A stretch of DNA of 63,077 nt, filler included, from Folioceros fuciformis (Eukaryota): NCBI GenBank assembly GCA_049999805.1. It is 6 parts of 6 records of this genome, joined end to end, with 100 filler letters (N's around TTAATTAATTAA, not from the genome) between each part and the next. Parts side by side here need not be neighbours in the genome. Positions count along the whole stretch, not along the records: positions 1 to 5,907 come from JBNGIO010003350.1; positions 6,008 to 29,896 come from JBNGIO010003351.1; 4 more parts are not named here. The stretch is one strand, 5' to 3'. The notes under the pieces were generated by a model. The model did no database searches. It had not been told where the DNA came from and saw nothing but the letters and a program-made list of their open reading frames with translations. The position numbers and the translations under genes were made by a program. The stretch's first letter is position 1. Each line of letters begins with the position of its first letter. Below, piece by piece: positions 1 through 13,505 of this stretch.

Positions 1-418
1 CCCACGATGCGAGACAGGCAGACAAGGGTCGCACTGTGGATGTTGGTTGGGGTTTTGCAACAGGGCCACGACTCCCGGGAACAGTTACGTTGTCAACCGT
101 CTGTCATACCCGCCAGTGCCGGGGCCTGTGTCGGCTTGGATTCGTTGCCTGCAGACGCTGATGCCGTGTGCAACGGCATGCTGCTTCTGTGCAGATCTCC
201 ATCAGGTTCGAATGGTGGGACTAGAACGGAAGTGCACGTGTACTCACAGTCATAGATTCAGAAATGGTAAGCACCCTCACCGGATTCAGCCTCGAATGCT
301 GCTACAGTCGGAGGAACGAGAGGGGTTGAGAGCCCTAATTGTACAGATGATGTGCTAAGCGCAGAGGAAAAATGTTATGCCTGCAATGCCGCATCGGCCA
401 CACGACTGAATGAAGAGC

Positions 419-2280
419 CTAATAAACCACTTGCGGTTCAAAATCCACGCAGTCCAGTGACCCCGACTCCACAGGAGTCATGAGGTACATGGCGATGAGC
501 TCTCCCACCAGGGCTGTAATGTGAGGGACTCTCTGCAAGTTCTTGAGAAAGTCGGGTGAATCGCTGTCCCCGATGGCAATAAGCTTCTGGTTGATTTCCA
601 CAAGGCGGTCTAGCTTCTGCTGGAAGACGGGGTTTTCCACGTCAAGCACAGCAGGGAAGATTCTGGCTGTAGTCTTGTTTGTCTGCGTGTCAACGACGAT
701 GCCCAGGGGTTAGACAAAGCACAATTCCAGGAGGGGGCAAGGCGGAAGGAGATCAGAGGTTCCGGATACCTCGATGATGACGTGCATGTCGAAGTCGCGG
801 GTGTTGAGTCCGATGCCCTCGTAGAAGGCTGTTCTCTGCGTGTCGTTGAGGTACATCGTCACGTAGACCTGACGAGGGCATACGAATTCAGGGGTAAGGG
901 ATCACCGCCATGGAGAACACTTTCACACTCTGGCAGCCACGGTTTAGGGTTCACGGATGTGAACGGAGACTTATCACTTGAGGCCGCAACGTGTTGGAAA
1001 ACGGATAGAATGGGGGCTTTCAAATTCCGGAAGGTTACCGAGAGGCAGAAGAAACGGGACCAGAGCTTGGCCTTCCAGTCGTTGAGGAACTGAGGCTGGG
1101 CCTTGAGCAGGNNNNNNNNNNNNNNNNNNNNNNNNNNNNNNNNNNNNNNNNNNNNNNNNNNNNNNNNNNNNNNNNNNNNNNNNNNNNNNNNNNNNNNNNN
1201 NNNNNNNNNNNAGGGCTGAGAAGAAGTCTCCATGCCTGTTCTCATCCTGGCACCAGTTCTCGAAGTACTTGAAGATGGGATACAGCTGGTAGTCCGGGTT
1301 GGCCTTCAAGTGTCTGTAGATGGTGATGTACCGCCAGTAGCCGATCTTCTCAGACAGGTAGGTGGCGTAGAAGATGAATTGCGGCTTGAAAAAGGTGTAC
1401 TTCCGGGCCTTGGTCAGGAACCCAAGATCAAGAGCCAGGTTGAAGTCCGACAAACCCTTGTTCAAGAACCTTCACACGTAGGAAGTCACAGGTCAGCAAA
1501 ACTGCAAAGACATGGACTTGCAAGCTAGCAGTCACGAAGGGCAGTCAGTGCGGTCAGGACAGTGCTCACCCTGCGTGTCGAGCCTCGTCCCTGGACATAA
1601 GGGTGAAGATTTCGGCAACGGTGGGATTGGTCTTCTGCAGGACCATAATGCAAAGCAAGCAGCTTGAAGAATGAACGGGCAACACTTTCGCACGGGCACG
1701 TAAGGAGGAAACTACAGCAGAAAGCAGACGGTCTGCGAGTCCTGGAAAACGATACCTTCAAGCGCCTCCCGAGCTCCTTGTACAGCAGGAAGCCGGAGAA
1801 CTCAGCGGTGCAGGAGCGCTCCAGAAACTCCACAAAAATCTGGCGCATGGGGCCCTGGATCTTCTCCGCCGCAGCCTTGAATTCCGGATTCCTGACGAAA
1901 TGGGTCTGGTTGTAGTCCGTCTTGAACTCCTGGACCAGGGCTTCGAACTCGGCTTCGTTGAGGTTGGGGTTGATCTGGGTGTTGAACATCCTCTCCATCT
2001 CGTCGAAGTCGGTCGTGTAGAAGCGTGGAGTGAGCAGGGTGTCCTTTGGCACCTCCTTGGAAGCTGAGCGGGGCTTGTCCTTGACGAAGGAGTCGGCAGA
2101 CATGGCAAGTACGCCCCTGTGGTCCCGCACCCGCATGCTCATGCTGCTACAACTGCTGCCCATGAAGAGCATGCTGGTGTTGCTGCTGCTGCTGCTGGCG
2201 CTGTTGCCCACATTCCTGCTGCAACTGGCTCCAGCCAGCGCTACGGTGGCGGCGGCCTGTGCAATGGCCATGGCTGCCAT
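419..2280 (-). CDS. CHL27: Mg-protoporphyrin IX monomethyl ester (oxidative) cyclase, chloroplast-targeted, 5 exons (~2280-1756, ~1634-1570, ~1469-1039, ~868-770, ~682-419)
   Basis: Ala/Ser-rich transit peptide is followed by [90 protein letters not shown] and [12 protein letters not shown] introns. An N gap lies in exon 3. Confidence 0.96.
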
Positions 2281-2766
2281 ACTCCTCTTCCACGAACGCC
2301 CCTGCTTCCACCGCGAATGCTCACAAAGGAAACGACTGCCTGCTCCCAGCGCCCAATACAGCTGCCTAGCCTACAAGAGCGAAGCGGGCTGGCTTCGGGA
2401 CAAATTCCTGGAAGAGCTCGGATAGGACACCAACGGCTGTGATGACCTCACGATCTCAATCAGCGAATCCCGAACCTCAGCCAGTTTTTCAAATATCCAG
2501 ACACTTAAATCAGGGCGAGATGAACCATGTAATGCAACTCATCAGCTTACGGTTGCCTCCGCTAAGAAAAAGGCTCCTGAATCTGTTTGGTTCGTGGCAG
2601 CACTTATTCAGGGACACAACACACTTCGGGAAGCTCACACCTATGTAGATACACACCTAGTCTACCTACTGTTGCTACTTGGCAAAATATTGGCCACCGG
2701 TCCATATTCTGGTCTACAACGGACACAGGACAGCGTAAAGAATGTTTAGGACTCACTAGGAAAGAC

Positions 2767-5700
2767 CTAATCTGATACATCAGGCTCATTGTTCTTCGAG
2801 GCAGTACGATACATCGGAGTCGGATCTGCGAAGGGCTCCGGCATCACTCTCAACACGTCGTTATTACGGTTACAAGGCGTGATAACCTGGCTTTCAACAA
2901 TTCCACAAGTACTTCCTATGGTCCGCGATGGTACAAGCGACAGCGCCCGTGGTCCTACGTCCACCAGATGTACACAAGTTCTAGATGGCCTCTCCGAAGC
3001 GATGTTCTGTGCCACACCTCACAAGTCAGTACCGTAAAACAGGTGTCCAGGGGCAGAGCCGAACACGATCAGAAGTAGAATGGTGGCAAACTCTAGGGAG
3101 CATAACTCACAATTCGGTGGGACGTGCCACTAGACTTAACCGCAGTTGTAGCCCCTGGTTCATCCTCAAGGGCTCCTAGTGCAATGTTTGCTGCTCCTGA
3201 ATAAGGTTCAGGCATGCCCTCCACAAACAGTGTACCACTAGTTGAATCTCCATTAGCCTGTTGCTCTGCCTCCTGCCAGGAGGTACTGAAACTGGGAACC
3301 ATGCTTAGTGCAGACGGATGATGCTCATGAGTTAGGACAGGAAGGACGGGACTATTGGAAGGCTGGCCCAGAAATGGTTCCCGAACGAGACAGTTCTGGG
3401 TCGGTATCTGCAAGCCAAAGAATGGGAACCGTGTGATTGGGTCAGAGAGGGCACCTGAAAGCAAAGGGCTGAGGGAAGCTTGATGACTTAAATTCACTCT
3501 CTCGGTCTCAAAAGTACTCAGTGATGGGGATTCAAGGGGATGCACAGAACTGAAGGGTGTTGTTGAGGATGGAACAAAGGGCAACTCTTGGACCACGGAT
3601 GGGAGGTGAGTTGGAGGGACGGAGTAGCGCAAAGCCGAAGCTCCCAGAGGGCAAGGGCAGTAGTAAGGAGCCAGAAGCGATCTGGATAAGGGGAACGATG
3701 CAGAAACAAGAGGCGGAATTGAGCAAGGGCTTAGGGCAGGCGGGCTGAGGAAAGCTGGGAGCGGTGTGACGCTGAGAGGAAAAGATTCCGGTAAGCTCTG
3801 AGTCTCTAAAGAAACAGGTGTCCAGCTAAAAGCATCTCCACCTGTTGAACCTGGAATAGGGTGCACTGAAGTGTAAAGCCCCGCACTGTGGCTTGTGAGT
3901 TGCCCAACGTCGCTCTCCTGATTAGACCATAAGGAAGTTCGGGTACTCCACGAGTTTTGCATGCTCCCCACTTCAAGCATGCTCCTTAAATTGCTCGTGC
4001 TGTATCCAACTGAAACACTTGAAGCACTTGTAACGCAAGCGCCGCTGCTGCAGACAGGGTCACTACATCTTGGTCTTGTGACAACAGATGGCGCAAACCT
4101 TGAGCTCAAAGATCCCCCCGTAGGTGCAGACCATGGTTGCTCAGTTAGAAAGTTTGCGACACTCGGGACAGCCATGGAGGTCCTTAGACCAGGCTGTGGA
4201 GTAATATCACCAGGAACATAGTCCAGGTGACCATGCAGGGGGCTGCACACTGGTATCCTCTGATCAGCTGACATACTCAATGACGCCACTGGTTCTGACC
4301 TTCTCAAACTAGAGGCCAATATCTGAGGAGTTGCCCCAGCAGGAACTGAGACATTATAAGCACTTCGGACGCAACTTGCCAGTGAGTCCAACCGTGAACC
4401 CTGAATGCCAGTTAATTGTGCCAGCGTTGGTTGCTGATTCAGTAAATATTTCATCTGTCACCACAACATTTCAGACGGTTAATGCAAGTAGCCCGCTCAA
4501 AAGAAAACGTGGGGGAGTAAGAAAAATGAACAAAAGCAAAACTACAGAACACAACAACCCAAACTCCAGATCACTTTGGGCCAACTCTGTGCCCAAAGCC
4601 GCAAATCAGAAATACCTTCTTGATCAATTCAGCACCCACAACCTTTGATTTCTCTGATTGCCAAAAGTACGCTATCTCCCCTTCATGTAATTTCAACACG
4701 AAAGTCCTCCCTGAAGAATCAGCAGGCAGTTCCTCCAAGGCAAGGGAGACAGGTTCTGAACTTGGACTGACAACTGCAAGTCTTTCCAGTACTCCATCGT
4801 CACCGACATATGATAGCCGTAGCTCCGAGCACGGAAGCATGGTCAGGCTCAAATAGCCCCTAGAAGCAAGCACCAGAAACATTAATGGAAAGGACTATAT
4901 GCGTCATGCATACAACACAAACCAAAACATCCCAACATGACCAGACAGAGTAATATGAGGAAAAAAATGGTTTGCCACACACCTTGTATCCGTTGGCTGC
5001 AGGGTTCGTCCATGGCGCAGAACCTTGCCCACCCTTACTGAGACTAGAGGAGCACATAAACAGCGGGCCAGTTGCTCCAGCTCACATTGTTGAAAGTACT
5101 GTCAACAAGAAGGTGGACAAGGTTAGAAACTACTTGAGGAATGCATTCCAGTTTCAGGGAAAATTTTCAAGTGGTTCAATTCACTTCCAACAGTGGTGGC
5201 TGATGACAACATAAAAGATGACGGAGGCTCAATTGACAGGAAGCTTCGGACTTGCAATCAATTATTGTTTCCTGACGTCCCACAACTGGAGGCACAACCG
5301 TTCCGGCCAGAGACATCAACCCTGATCCATACCTGCCACATAGAGGGGGGTATTTGCAAATTTCTTTGATCCATACCGGCAAAGAGCTGCATCTGTAAAC
5401 TAGCCAGAAATAGGAAATCTCATCTCATCCACTACACTTGAACATTTGTTGCAGCTCAAATGCTGGAAATACCCATCATCCAACAAGTACTGAATCTCAA
5501 ATCAAATAATGCCGAATCCATACCCACCAACCATGCAAAAGCTAGACGACGAGAAATTTTGATGAGAATGTCTTAGCAACAAGAGAAATGTCCCTGGACA
5601 TCTCTCCTTGAACTAGGGAGACAACACAGCTTTTGCCTTCAAATGCTCCAAACAAGCACGCTGGCCGAGGCAGGCAACCAGTCATGGAATGGAACCCGAA

Positions 5701-5893
5701 GAGAGAAACCACAGACCTGCCCAAGATGTGTTAACAGGGGGCCGTCGGACCCCAGGCACGACACATTCCATCGCATCAGCGGGTGTAAGCACTCATCTTC
5801 ACGGCAGGCTCCCAGTACTTGCAGGTCAACAGCTTGCATCCAGCCGCGCGGTCCTTCTTCTCCCTCACGAGCCTGCTGCATACCTACATCCAA
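2767..5893 (-). CDS. Plant-specific uncharacterised protein (At2g39950-like), multi-exon; both ends approximate
   Basis: LEELPADSSGRTFVLKLHEGEIAYFWQSEKSKVVGAELIKK (4571-4882) splices to MKYLLNQQPTLAQLTGIQGSRLDSLA (4454) and a long Ser/Pro-rich exon (3093-4454) containing YYCPCP. Confidence 0.7.
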
Positions 5894-5907
5894 CTCTCTT
5901 CCACCAC

Positions 5908-6007
5908 NNNNNNNNNNNNNNNNNNNNNNNNNNNNNNNNNNNNNNNNNNNNTTAATTAATTAANNNNNNNNNNNNNNNNNNNNNNNNNNNNNNNNNNNNN
6001 NNNNNNN
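5908..6007. other. Artificial contig linker (44 N + TTAATTAATTAA + 44 N)
   Basis: The 12-mer gives stops in all six frames and sits between N runs. The same 100-nt structure recurs five times. Confidence 0.95.
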
Positions 6008-6437
6008 AGCCTGGGGCTTGAAACTTTGCACCCAGAGTGAAGAATGGTACAGCGACACTGTCACGGCAGTGCTAGTGCCCTCCCACATCAACAGCAATGA
6101 CGTTGTTAACATCGCGTGGAAGAAGTACAATCTTAATCTGGGAATAGGTTTGAATAAAGTGAATGGGAAGGTCTTCCGAATCGGACACCTGGGTAACGTG
6201 AATGAGGTATGGGACTTATTTCTAGGCATCCATAACTTGACTACCAGCCTCAATTTTTCGTTTTTTCCCTCTCCTAACGCTGCTTCTACCTGGTTGCAGC
6301 TTCAATTGCTCGGAGTACTTTCTGGTGTGGAGATATGTCTAGCAGATATTGGCTATAATGTCAAATTGGGCAGTGGAGTTGCTGCTGCGGCAGCCTACCT
6401 CCAACAGCAGACACCACTCATCAAGTCTAGGCTGTGA
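6008..6437 (+). CDS. AGT1: Serine:glyoxylate / alanine:glyoxylate aminotransferase, last two exons (5' truncated by contig edge)
   Basis: WGLKLCTQSEEWYSDTVTAV...LGIGLNKVNGKVFRIGHLGNVNE|LQLLGVLSGVE...KLGSGVAAA, ending in the peroxisomal PTS1 -SRL. GT-AG intron at ~6207-6299. Confidence 0.93.
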
Positions 6438-6819
6438 GTTACAGCTCCCAGAAGCGGTCATGCAAATCGTGTGGGCAAGGTGGGTTGAACAAATGTAAGG
6501 ACTCGCAGCGGCAAGGGGACGACGACAATCTTCCTCCTTCCGCAGACCACGAGCACATCACTTATTCTTAATGAACTGACGATACTTTCCTGTAAATTGC
6601 GCGAGGAACATACTGTGAACATCATGTTTTGTGGATTAGATAACACGGTTTATTGTAACAGGTGGAAACCTCAGCCATGTGTAGCAACCTATCTGACCAT
6701 CTACGCTGGCTGCTTATCATTGTAAAAAGAAGGTTGTGAATCTTAGAGGGCTATGATCACCAGAGATTATATGTTTGCACATTGGAAAATTTTGTCCTTA
6801 AAGCTTGAGAACGCTTTTT

Positions 6820-7930
6820 CAGTCGCAGGGCGTCCATGCGGTGAGAGCCCATGTCTTACGTTTTGAGTCCCATGGCTGTGACCAGAATTTCCTCATGGGT
6901 GTTCTAGCTGGCGCTTTCCAGGCTTGGGAACTGATCTTCTTGGGACAAGTGTCTGTCCACGTGGTATAGGCTGTCCCTCCCCAAGTGGCTGTCTCTTGTA
7001 GCTCGTATAGAGGGCTCTAACTCTGCAAAATGCTTTTCTACTAGAATTGTGATAAGTTCATGGTACATCGGATGGGGCGTTGGAGATGGAGGGTCATGCT
7101 AATGTACCTTGGCAACGGGGCTCTCCGTGCATGGCTTTTAGCTCGTACTGCCCAAATTTATCAGTGCCGCTCGGAGGGCTGCTCGCTAGGATGAAGACGA
7201 CGACCTAATCGAGGAGNNNNNNNNNNNNNNNNNNNNNNNNNNNNNNNNNNNNNNNNNNNNNNNNNNNNNNNNNNNNNNNNNNNNNNNNNNNNNNNNNNNN
7301 NNNNNNNNNNNNNNNNCGAGCTGGATCGAACTTCACCTAACTTGCCCTACTTTGTGCATAGTATCTCACCTACTACAAGTAGTACTTGTCTCTTGCTTGA
7401 CGCTTCACGTACATGTTGTGCAACTTGAAAGCTTCTTGATCCAACCCGGTATTGGTGTATCTTGTTTATCTTGGTAGGCTAAATCACAACGTCTCGGGGG
7501 AGCATGCTGTCAAAGAAAGCTCTGGCCATTTTCCAAGCTGCGTGTGCATGTCAACCTTTTCAAGGCACATAAACGGTGCCTACTTCTGCACGGTGAACAT
7601 GAATTCTTGAGCTCAGCCAGTATCTTCTCTTGCGCCACAGTTCAAGGCTCAGTCTCTACGATGGAGTGATTAAAAGTAGCAGGAGGATTTTGAGCAGCGG
7701 ATCAGACGAGTCGCTTAAACACGGCCCGAATCACTTTCTACTTTCAGTCACTCCACCTTAGAGCTTGTAACGTTAACAATCTCCCCTTGCATACTTCTAT
7801 CGCAACCGATGGACGGTATGAGAGTTGGATCCTACTGCTCGTCAAGATCCTTGTCCAGCGGAAGACTGCTGAGTGGCTGGGGCTCGAGTTCACGAAGGCA
7901 GTTAGTCCGCCTAGGTTCACCAACGCGTTT
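6820..7930 (-). pseudogene. Decayed PLS-class pentatricopeptide repeat (PPR) gene relic
   Basis: Minus-strand fragments across frames read VDM..SL.MARAFFDSMLPRDVV (~7560-7490), NTGLDQEAFKL (~7455-7425), SLESA and HGL..MDALRL (~6925-6820). Many stops and frameshifts. Confidence 0.5.
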
Positions 7931-8309
7931 TCTCAAGAGCTGCAAGACAACTTCAGCATCAGGGGGCTGGTGTTAGATGGCTGGGATCGGCTGGTCGGCT
8001 GGACACATGGTCCAGACCTTGATGACGCCCTCTCGGCGACACGAGTGCGACAAAGCTTGCATGTTATGCACTTTTGGCATCCACGTCAAAGGAAACGCCA
8101 AGGCAAAGGGACAAACATGTGTGCGTCAAGATGTCGGGGCATCCAAGAAGATGTCCGAGGTTACTTGTGGCATCGACGGTCCCTTGAGGACACCAAGGTG
8201 AATGATATGACATATGCCTAGAGAAGTACCGAAGCCGTCAGTGGGTTGGAAGTCGCTTGTCCTGCTCTTGTGACACACACAGGTCAGAACAAGGCCCGGT
8301 TGCAGAGAC

Positions 8310-11300
8310 CTAGTTGCCATCGAGCATGATGCGGTTGCCCTTGTCACATACAGCCTGTACTGCCAGGCTCTTGATATGTTCTGGACAAGGGTCTGATACG
8401 AAACTCCTCACCGAAACCTGCACGGCGCATTGTCGCCGCCCCAAACATGCCTGCACAGTTGCATCGTGGAGAATTTAAAGACCGGAGCAGGGAGGCCTGT
8501 TGAGCTGAGGAGCTTGAGACAAGTGCCTGGCTACCTTTTCCAACACGGCTTCTGAGTTGGCAGAGTGACATGATCCCTTTTGAAACTTCCTACAGCTGCC
8601 GGATGGATTGCCGAAGCTCGCAAACGTGATTGCAGAAATGATTTGCTCGGCATCACACTCTAGTTTGACCTCAGGGTGCAGAACCTGGGTTGGAGAGACG
8701 ACCATCTGGGTTCCCCACTTTTCTGGTGGTGGAGGATGGTTGGATGATACATGGCTGCAAATATGGGTGAGGGTACGTGTGGCGATGGAAATACCGGATG
8801 GATCTCCGTTGAGCTCTTCCACCAGGACTAAGAGGTTGTCCTTAGGTTTTAACCAGCCTCGTGGGACATGGTACCTGAAGGAAAAACAGTTTGGCCCCGG
8901 TTAGAGCAGTTGATACAGCCCCACTCATGAATGAAAGGCTCTGATGAAGCGCGACTTGCCATCTCTGGGTTGGTTCTCCACATCCTGTCGCGCACTTCTG
9001 CTTGTTGTAGGCGCCCCTGTAGTCACAGGTATCACAGAGACTGCTCTTTGGAGCTTTCATTAATGGCCAAAATCGACCCACGCTGCGAGCATTCACCCAC
9101 AGCTGGCCCTTTCCCATACTGCCAAGGTCAAGGGCAACAGGATCTTCTCCATCCGGAGCATCGAATCGAGTCTGCAACTCTCCCAGAAGCAAAATTTCAG
9201 AGTGCCTTTAGTGTCACCGTTCTCCACAAGAGTCTCTGTTTATACTCGTACCTTGAACCAAGTCAGCGATTGATGGGTGGTAGCTGATGTTCCAGAAGAC
9301 CATGCAACCCCTTGAGCTCCAGTTTCGTTGAAAATCCCACAGTACTCTCCCTTCAGTCCCACCTACACAAGAGAAAACGCTTGTGCTTCTACTGTGGTCA
9401 TGATCCAATCACAGATTTTAGGTCCTACAGCAGGCCAAGGTCTAAGTGTCGCACTTGCCAACTGCAGGATGGTGAAAGTTGCAAACCTGATGGATCCACT
9501 CAAGTTCTGTGAGATCTCTATCTCCAAATGGTAGACCTTGCAGTTTCACCCTTCCCTGAATTCCTGCGCCTTCCTTCTCCATGAAAGCTCCAGCGTTCTT
9601 CTCACATTCACAACAAGACCAATTAAAAATAATGCAAACAGACATGCAGAAACTGATTGCACTCAGGAATCACTGGACACCCAATCCACACAGTGCTGAC
9701 TTCCTGAAAAGCGATACCTGGAGTCCAACCGTCATGCACAGGATAGACACTTCATTGGCACCACCTTTCAGGTTCACTGGCTGATCCACCTTAATCCACC
9801 GGCCACTTGCAGTTCCTTAAAGCATCAAATGACCAAGCCCTCATGATTGGAGACAGTAATGAGTGAAAGATTACACAGCTCAATCGCACAGGAACACTAA
9901 AGGTACCTGCTAGCTCCCCGTTCACATAAATGTGCACAGCATCTCTAACGCTGCCCAACAGCAGATGTGGCTGGTAGTTTTCGTTGACCAATGTTGTGTA
10001 CTCTTCTTCTGAAACATTAAATCTGTTCCGGAAAAGCAACAAGGATTTTCAAAACTGACCACAAACTCTCTTTTTGTCCTAGCGAGTTCAGACGACGTGG
10101 TTGGTACCTTACTATATACCACAGATAGTCTGTGGAGTCCTTGGTAACGTTGATCTGCTCAAGAGGGCTGTTCCACTTGATGACCTCTCCTCCCCAAGCA
10201 GTCCTTGGTTCTGGATACGACTCCCATACTAGGTCTGCTACAGTTGGTTCGAATGGGGCGCTCGATTGGCCGGGCATTGGACGCTGCTCTGGCCCTCTGT
10301 AGCTGTAGACAGTTGTTTGAGTCCGCACCTGCATGTTTCAGTGCTCAACCTCAACGTTAAGACGCCAACAGACATCGCCAGGGCAAGCCTCTGACTTCTC
10401 ATGCAAAGGAACGTACCTGGGCCGTGTTGTAGACTACGGTATGGCAATCAGGCAGAATGCTGACAGACCACGGAGGCAAATCGTGAGTCTTGCCATTGAA
10501 GTCCACAGTTGCAGCAAACTCCGGGTCTGAGTTTGATAGAAAAGCTGCACATGAGCTTGCTGGACTGCTGCCTTCTGATAGGTCGGAATACACATGTATC
10601 TATGCAAGCATACAACCGTTTACGAGATATGAAGTCCAACACACCAACGGACTTTTGCAAACAACTACAACCTCGAAGAGTGCTTGCAGATTCTGCAGAC
10701 CTCTAAGTTGGGCCCAAGCCACGTATAGGCAGGTTCTCCGCTACCAGATACCAGAGACGGTTCACAGAGCTTTAATGCTTCATGTAGATCTTTCAGGTGA
10801 CCCCATTTCGGTTGTCTTTTCAGGCCTGGTCCAAGTGAAGGTCACGTGAGCCAGGGGCCAATGATGCACACTCTCGGTTTTGGAGCAATTTCATCCGTGG
10901 AGTGAAACCTCACCGTATTCATCGATTGGAGCATCATAGTCGTAACTGGTAGTTATAAATGGGCCGCCTGAGATCCGTCCAAAGTTTGTCCCACCAAAGT
11001 ACTGCCAAGCAGGTACTGAGAGCAATGACTGCAGAGTGGATGTGCAACAGCGGATTTGGCGTTGGACATGCTAGCTCACCATGTAATAGTTCTGGTAGCT
11101 ACCCCCTCGCTGGAAAAATCGTGCCACAGCAAAAGCATTGTCCTCCACAGGCCTGTGAGGCGCGGGCTGCCCCCATGACTGAAACCTGGAAAATCACGTG
11201 GGCCATGTCAGAACTAAGTCATGGATTGTTTACATAGTGGTGATACTACAGAAGGGAGAGCGACAACGAGATACCAGCCATTCCAGTTCTCCGTCCAAAG

Positions 11301-12753
11301 TGCAGGCTTGTTGTCTGCATTGGGTCTGAAGCCATCACAATAGAAGCTATTACAAGTATTGATCTGTTCCACCGGAAAAGGCAGAATGAGACGAGAAATT
11401 TGCTAGTACAAAGTGATCATTACTTTCCAGAATGATTTGGTCAGCTCACAATGGGATATGGGGCATCTTCCTGTTGGCACATTGTCCAAGGAACACGGGC
11501 ATCAAGTTCCAGAGCCATATTGGCCGCCCAGTTAACATACCTTTCTCCAGCAGCTCCATAACTTCCTTCTATGTTTCCATACTCATTCTCGATCTGAAGA
11601 AAATCCAGCGTAAGTGCCAGAAGAATACGAGCATTGTTCTTCTTGTGAAGAGAGTTGATGCCACAAGAATATCGAATAGAAGCATGTCAGAAATCCTGGT
11701 TAAGCTTAGCTAATGGTGCTCAAACGTTAGGGAAAGCAGAAGTACGAAAAGCATGCAACAGTGCCACAAACGACGTGCGAACAGGGAGGAAGGAAGAGTA
11801 GACGGCAAGAGGAGAGAAAAAGTGCACAGAACCTGCGCTAAAATAACTGGACCACCTTGCCAGGCGAATAACTTGCTGTCCCTGACCAGGTCCACTATCT
11901 TCTTCACAAAGATTTGCATTTCCTCCTGACACACACCGACACCAACAGAATCGGCACCCTGGTGAGGTGGTAGATTTGGACGTCGACATGTGTGCACAGT
12001 AAAAGACGACACCCTATGTAGCCCTCCGATGCAAGCCGAAATGTTGACCTTGAACTGGGCGTTATCTGTGCGAAATTCCACACCGGGAATATGACGAAGC
12101 CAAACGGGGAATCCCCTGTATCCAAGGAGAGGAATTCAAGTCAGGACCATGTCATCCTCTCGCGAAGAGTGCAAACGCGTGGTTGGGAAGGTATGCGGGT
12201 ACCCGAAGTTCCACTCAGCGCAGACATACGGTCCAACTCGCAAGTTAAAGAAGAGCCCAGCTTCTCCCACCAGCTTGATGAACTTGACCAGGTCATATTC
12301 TTCTTGGAAATTGTACTAGTGCTCACCAAAACACGAGTGAGACGAGAGCAGGGTGACGGAAGGTGCGGAGAGCGTGATGCGGCGGGAACTAGACGCACCT
12401 TGCCCCTGGTGGGCTCATGTCCGCTCCAGAAGACATAGCTCTGGATGACCTGGACCCCTCCCTCCTTGGCCTTGGCGATCAGGCCCGGCCACATCTGGCA
12501 TGGAATAATGTACACCCAATTTGTATTGTGCGCATAGCAGAAACCGAATTTCATGGGTACAGGAAAGGCGCGGAAAGAGGCAGACCTCGGGAGCTGCCCT
12601 CGGGTAGTGAATGCTTGCGGAATTGAGAATCCTCCTCTGCCCATCGATGACCAACGCTCTGTGATCGAAGGAAACATTGTATGGCAGGCGGGCCAAGGCG
12701 GACGGCAGCAGAAGCAGCAGCAGAAGCAAATCGGAGAGGGGGTTGCTGGCCAT
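8310..12753 (-). CDS. BGAL: Beta-galactosidase, glycoside hydrolase family 35, with signal peptide and C-terminal galactose-binding (SUEL) lectin domain; many exons
   Basis: [129 protein letters not shown]. The last exon reads ACLGRRQC...[16 protein letters not shown]. Confidence 0.95.
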
Positions 12754-13505
12754 GGCTGATGTGGCTGCAGGTTTTGCTGTCGGGTTGCTTTATTCCCTAA
12801 ACGGTACATCGCCGTAATGCCGGCCCGGAACTTGAGACACTTTGCCTAAAAGCTACTCGTACCCACTTCTTCTAAAGCTGTACGCACTTCTTCTCCTTCC
12901 CCGCCGTACGTGCATGTAATCTACATATCCACTGCAGTCCGCGTGTTTCGTGGACTCTTGTCTGTTGTTCAAAAATTACGTACAAATGCCTGCGCCCTGT
13001 GATCACCAAGCAGATATCAGGAAGCAAGGGGTGAGGCACTGGCACTGGTACCAGCGCCTACCCCCCTTGTCTCATCGTCGCCACTTGGGAGATACATATC
13101 ACCTCCTCCCCTCAGTACGCGTGGTCTACAAAAACAAACGGAGTTAGGTGAGCACAGTGGCCTTCCGATCGACCCACACTCTGACGATGGAAGACAACGA
13201 GCGAGATTCGCACAATACCTACATTTGATTCCGGGAAACATCTTAGCACCGGAGTCTGCCAGTCTGAGAGCACAAGGAATCGCTACCTACACTTTCACCA
13301 CATAAACTACCTAGCTGTTTACGTTCTTGCTCTGCGTTCTTGAGCGGGGCCAAAAGTGTTTTGGTGTGGTCCCGGATCCGGATCCGGATCCGCAGCAGGC
13401 AGGTTGACTAGCAGTACGCACGCTTGGCAAGTTTGCTTCATCAATTCGTGCTTTTACGTGTGCCTTGCTTGCAGTGGCGCTCGCTCGCCACACTTCGCTT
13501 TCGTT

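Noticed and set aside
5952..5963. TTAATTAATTAA palindrome as a regulatory or recombination site
   Set aside because: It is always centred in N runs, so it is a synthetic six-frame stop linker.
7770..7792. Copia-like PPT/LTR junction (AAGGGGAGATTGTTAA on the minus strand)
   Set aside because: Only a short motif with no RNase H or matching LTR nearby.
13370..13392. (GGATCC)n palindromic repeat, and the (GCATCGA)n run at ~13803-13846
   Set aside because: Short simple repeats in a UTR and an intron, with no evidence of function.
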